Positions 59,943 to 64,000 of a stretch of DNA of 64,000 bases are shown one piece after another (the first letter of the stretch is position 1; the number at the start of each line of letters is the position of its first letter). Both the position numbers and the translations under genes were made by a program. The notes beneath the pieces are model-generated. The model was not told where the DNA came from and did no database searches. It saw only the letters and a list, made by a program, of their open reading frames with translations. Source of the DNA: Podarcis cretensis (lineage: Eukaryota); contig OX638159.1 in NCBI GenBank assembly GCA_951804945.1, positions 38,130,001 through 38,194,000 on the forward strand, read 5' to 3'.

Positions 59943-61672
59943 GTAAGTACTAGAAGGAAAACCTGCTGTCTGTGAAAATAGCTTTCCAAGATTCTTAGAT
60001 GCCAAGATTCTTCAAGATTTTTTCTGAGAGAGGTTGGAAGGGGAGCTGCAGTGTAGGAAGCGGCTGTGATGCCAGAGATCTTTAACAAATTTAGTTAAAA
60101 GGAAATTAATGAAATTCTAAACCTGAGTCTTTTTCATTTGCATTTTCTGCCCCTGCCTGATGACTTGGGCCCCCAACAAATCATGGTCAAGTGCAAATAT
60201 TTTTATACTTGTAGAACGGTGGTGAAGAATTGGCCTGGTCCTTATCTCCCTTAACCCTTACAGGCCAAATATGATAGGTGGGCAGGGCCACCCACCGTTC
60301 GATCACCTGACATCACAAGGACTTCAGAGTGGCATGCCTGTCTTGCAAAGAACCCTGCACAGTACTTTGAACTACTTCAGATCAGTTAATAATTGTTCTT
60401 TAAAGCACTCTGAGCTCTTTGCAAGTCTCTTCAAGAATTGACTGGCTATGGAGTTCCCAGGTATCCTGCTTTTCTGCTGTGATCAACTGGTTGTGGAGTT
60501 GCCCATGGAGAACTCAATTGTGCAACTGATCCTAGCTGGTTTATTTTCACTGCCAATCAGCTGATTGGTGAGACAGCAAGCTACGTCACATGTGGGACAG
60601 GTGGATGTGGTTTCGAGGAAGCAGCCAAGTTGGAACTGGTTGCCCCCAGGCCAAAGGTTTCTCATCCCTATGGTAGAGCCAGTTCATATTACCTGGCTGT
60701 TCCTTCTGCCTACTGCATAAGGTCACATATAGCCGCCCCATCAAAGGTATACTTGCAGAATTTATGTACTGTATACATTCTTTTCTGTATGTGAAGGCAG
60801 AAAACAAGACAGCTGACACAAGACAGCTTTTTAAGATGAAGGGAGGCACACTTCAGAGGAGCAGAACCTGTAGCAAAAAACCCCAAAATGAATCTGCTTC
60901 TCTGTAGCCGAGAAGAAAAAAGGACAATTAGTGATGGATCATACGCATTTTTTAAAAAAGAGTACCTCTTAATAGAATGGAAACTTCACCAGATAATTTG
61001 AATAAAATAATCACATTTCTGGAACCATACTATCACTTAGATTAACAATGTAACTGCATTACACGCTGCATTAGCTTTAATCGTGCTTTTAAAAAGACCT
61101 ACTTGCATTATTCTCATTCCTCATGAAAGCTGTTAATGATTAGCAATACTCATTATGCAAATACACCTTATTCAAGTAGGGGTTTAAGTTGTATTCCAGG
61201 AAGGGCAACTTAACTCACAGTGTCTCTCTTTAGTTCTGATAATTCTTCTGTTTTCTAATCTTAAGTGAAAAATGGTGTGTGAGCATAACACGTATTTTTT
61301 ATGTAAATAACAGGACAAGATCGCTCCAATTATTTTATTCCCGGTATCTCACACTCCTAGCATTATTATTGTTGTTGTTATATTATTATAATTATTATTT
61401 ATTAAATTTATATGCTGTCCTTCATCTGTAGATCTCAGAGTGGTTCACAAGATAAAAATACAAAATACATAATAAAAACTAGAACAAACCAAGCCAATGA
61501 CCCCTTCCTCTAAGGTACTCTGGCCTGGAGCCATTTAATATTTAATACCTTAAAACTTGCACTATGAACTGAGCGCTCGAAAAGATAACTAATGGAGGTG
61601 CTGTATTATCAGAGTTACATAATATAATTTGGGGGCCTGAGGTGGAAAAACCAGTGTTATATCCAGGGAATG

Positions 61673-61674
<2 letters not shown>

Positions 61675-61718
<44 letters not shown>
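61675..61718. repeat. (AC)22 microsatellite
   Basis: Perfect dinucleotide run. Confidence 0.95.
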
Positions 61719-61719
<1 letters not shown>

Positions 61720-62250
61720 ACTTATCTGTCCTTTAATGATACCTCCAAACTGGACTCTTTACTTTGGATATGTTGTAGGATCTGCCCTGAATGGGACTCC
61801 CAGTGTGTTATTATTCAAGCACTGATCATTTTAACCCTTTTGCTCTTGTTTCATAAATGACACATGAAAGTTATGAATGCATAGGTTGTTGCAATGGTGG
61901 ATGTAGAAATATGTGATCTTTTAATTAGTTTCTATTTAATTTCATGTGTTTTTAACAGATGCCTCCCCTGGTTTGTTTTAATAGATATAAAATATTCAGC
62001 GTTGTATCCAACACTGCCATTCTACTTGCACAACAAAACCTCCCCCTCTTCCCTGCAGCCCCCTGCACACCATCAAAAACTGCTGCAGAAGGTTGGGGGA
62101 CCCTCTGAAGCAGATTGTGTGGGTGCGTGAGAAGAAGCAGGGAAGGGGAAATCCTGTTGTGTGAGTGGAATGCAATTCATGCACTTTTAGATACAACCCT
62201 CACTCATTTCCTGAATGCATCTGAGTATTGATGGACGTAATTTATTTCAG

Positions 62251-62317
62251 ATTAATCAGAAGACTGAAGCAAGACACATACTCAGCTTACTCCAAAAACA
62301 CTTCTGTCGGAAGCTTT
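62251..62317 (+). CDS. TENT2: TENT2 coding exon 6 (67 bp): INQKTEARHILSLLQKHFCRKL
   Basis: tttatttcag|ATT ... CTTT|gtaagt; phase 0-1. Confidence 0.96.
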
Positions 62318-63401
62318 GTAAGTTCTGGACGATGTTATAGTGAAATGATGGTTGGCTAATGCTTTGTGATATGCACTAATGGGCAAGAAACCCTTACATG
62401 AAAAAGTTTACATTTAACTTAATTAAGACTGCATTTATGACTGCCCAAGTGAATGGGTTGGATTTGAGGTTTCCCTCATTCATTATTTAAGGCATATCTA
62501 TGCTGCCATTCATCACTGGTACCAAGGTGTCTCACAACAATACAAACACATTTCTCTTAAAATCAGCTCATTAAAATAGAACACAAATACAAAAGCCACA
62601 GTAAAGCCGCCCAATTGTACTAAATGTTTGGCATAATCATAGTTGGTGCTTACGTTCTTTTGGAAGAGGTCTGACCCGGGGGCGGAGAGAAGGAGGAGAG
62701 TTGGCTGCAGCTTCCCCTCCCCTCTCCACTTTGCAGGGTGAGCTGCAGGGGGCTCCCTCAGCACCCTTTGGGGGGAGGGAATGACCCGTGTGTGTGCCCT
62801 GGGCGGCATTAACATACGCTCTGCCATTGTTCCCTTCTGGTTATCTCAAGATGGATCTCAGTAGACTGGTCACATTCTAAGATGTCTATATAAGGGCATG
62901 GAAGGTGTCCCTACTGTTCTTGAGTTGTCTAAGGCTTTATAAGGAAACAAAAGAACATTAACCTTGGATTGGTAGCAAAGTGGCAGCCAGTGCAGTTATT
63001 TCAGAAGTGGGGCTCATGGTGGGTAGCACAGCTTCCACATTTTGTACTAGCTGCAGCTTCCAAACCAGCTTTAAGGGCATAAAGTGTCTTATTAAGGTCG
63101 CCTGTCAGTGTGCCCAAGGCATTAATCTGCATGCTTGCTTAGTGTTTTTTTAAAAAACATCTGCAGTCGGTCTTGAACTTGGAAATTAATGAGATCTGAT
63201 GGTTGACCAAATACAATTTTATCCATGAACTGAATAAGAATGATTGAAATGTGTGCATGTTTGGTGCAGTACAGCTTAAGAATTGCTGTGTCATAAAACC
63301 CTTTATCTAACTCTTACCTAACCAGGGTAAAACAGTGTAATTGCTTTGCCCATTGCTGTTTAATATATCTGTGAGATGTTCTTTTTCCCCTTCCCTTTCA
63401 G

Positions 63402-63471
63402 CAAACTATATTGAGAGACCTCAGCTGATTCGAGCAAAAGTGCCAATAGTGAAGTTCAGGGACAAAGTCAG
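63402..63471 (+). CDS. TENT2: TENT2 coding exon 7 (70 bp): SNYIERPQLIRAKVPIVKFRDKV
   Basis: ccctttcag|CA ... TCAG|gtaact; phase 1-2. Confidence 0.97.
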
Positions 63472-64000
63472 GTAACTATAATTTCCATTAGTTTTTAGAT
63501 CTTGTTCTTGAAAAAATGTGCTGGGTTCTTTTTTATTGTGTGGCATAGTTCTTAATAAGATAATGGTTACTGTTACCCAACCCACCGTATGCCTCTGTTG
63601 CATAATCAGTGGGAAATGAATCAAAAGTGAGTTGTTCTTTATGGATTTCAGTGGGGCTTAAGGTATGTCCTGGTATTCTGATATGCTTCCCTTTTCTGCT
63701 GTTATATTTTATTTATAGCAGAGTGATTCTCTGTATGACAGCTGATTTAATTTCTCCAATAAATGGCTTCCATAATAAATGGATTGTCTTCCATTCATTA
63801 TTTTAATACAATATAAAGAGGCCCTAATTCACTTTAGAGCTGGAGAGTAGGTTGAAAGGCATACAGTGGGTCTCCTCTTTCTGCTTTGCCATGTCTTTGT
63901 GGGAGGTTGTACTGCATCAGAATCCCAATGTGGCTAAAACACAAGTTTTCATGTCTGTGTTTACATCTGATTTGCATTCTTTATAGAAATAGCCAAGTCT

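Larger units (their letters stand above)
54150..64000 (+). other. TENT2: TENT2 (PAPD4/GLD2) gene span, 5' part; continues past the right edge; TSS approximate
   Basis: Seven coding exons with compatible phases give MFPNS...FRGRKRL...KRQRFHSP...AKDKLSQQILELF...GSSLNGFGTRSSDGDLC...RAKVPIVKFRDKV. Confidence 0.96.

Overview
Vertebrate genomic DNA from a squamate reptile, most likely a lacertid lizard (inferred from Sauria SINE/Bov-B/Squam3-type repeats). Two intron-containing genes lie head-to-head with ~16.5 kb between their CpG-island promoters. HOMER1 (minus strand) has a 5-nt coding exon 1 (ATGGG, 35952-35956) behind a ~1.7 kb GC-rich, uORF-laden 5'UTR and a CRE/SRE-like/TATA promoter, then exons 2-4 (EVH1 domain); exon 5 onward lies off the left edge. 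TENT2/PAPD4/GLD2 (plus strand) has a non-coding exon 1 and seven coding exons, including the nucleotidyltransferase GS..DxD motif; the gene runs off the right edge. Introns and the intergenic region carry many mobile elements with readable TSDs/TIRs (Sauria SINEs, a Bov-B tail, Tc1/mariner and hAT MITEs, L2/CR1 relics). Most notable: (i) an inverted ~91%-identical SINE pair bracketing HOMER1 exons 2-4, predicting a lineage-specific circRNA; (ii) a decayed Academ-like transposase relic; (iii) a Sola2-like DNA transposon with 96-bp TIRs and a 4-bp TSD; (iv) a TENT2 overlapping uORF that alternative 3' splice-site choice could switch on or off. Family names and human comparisons come from recalled sequence features, not from database searches. 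Nearly all ORFs in the supplied track are spurious.
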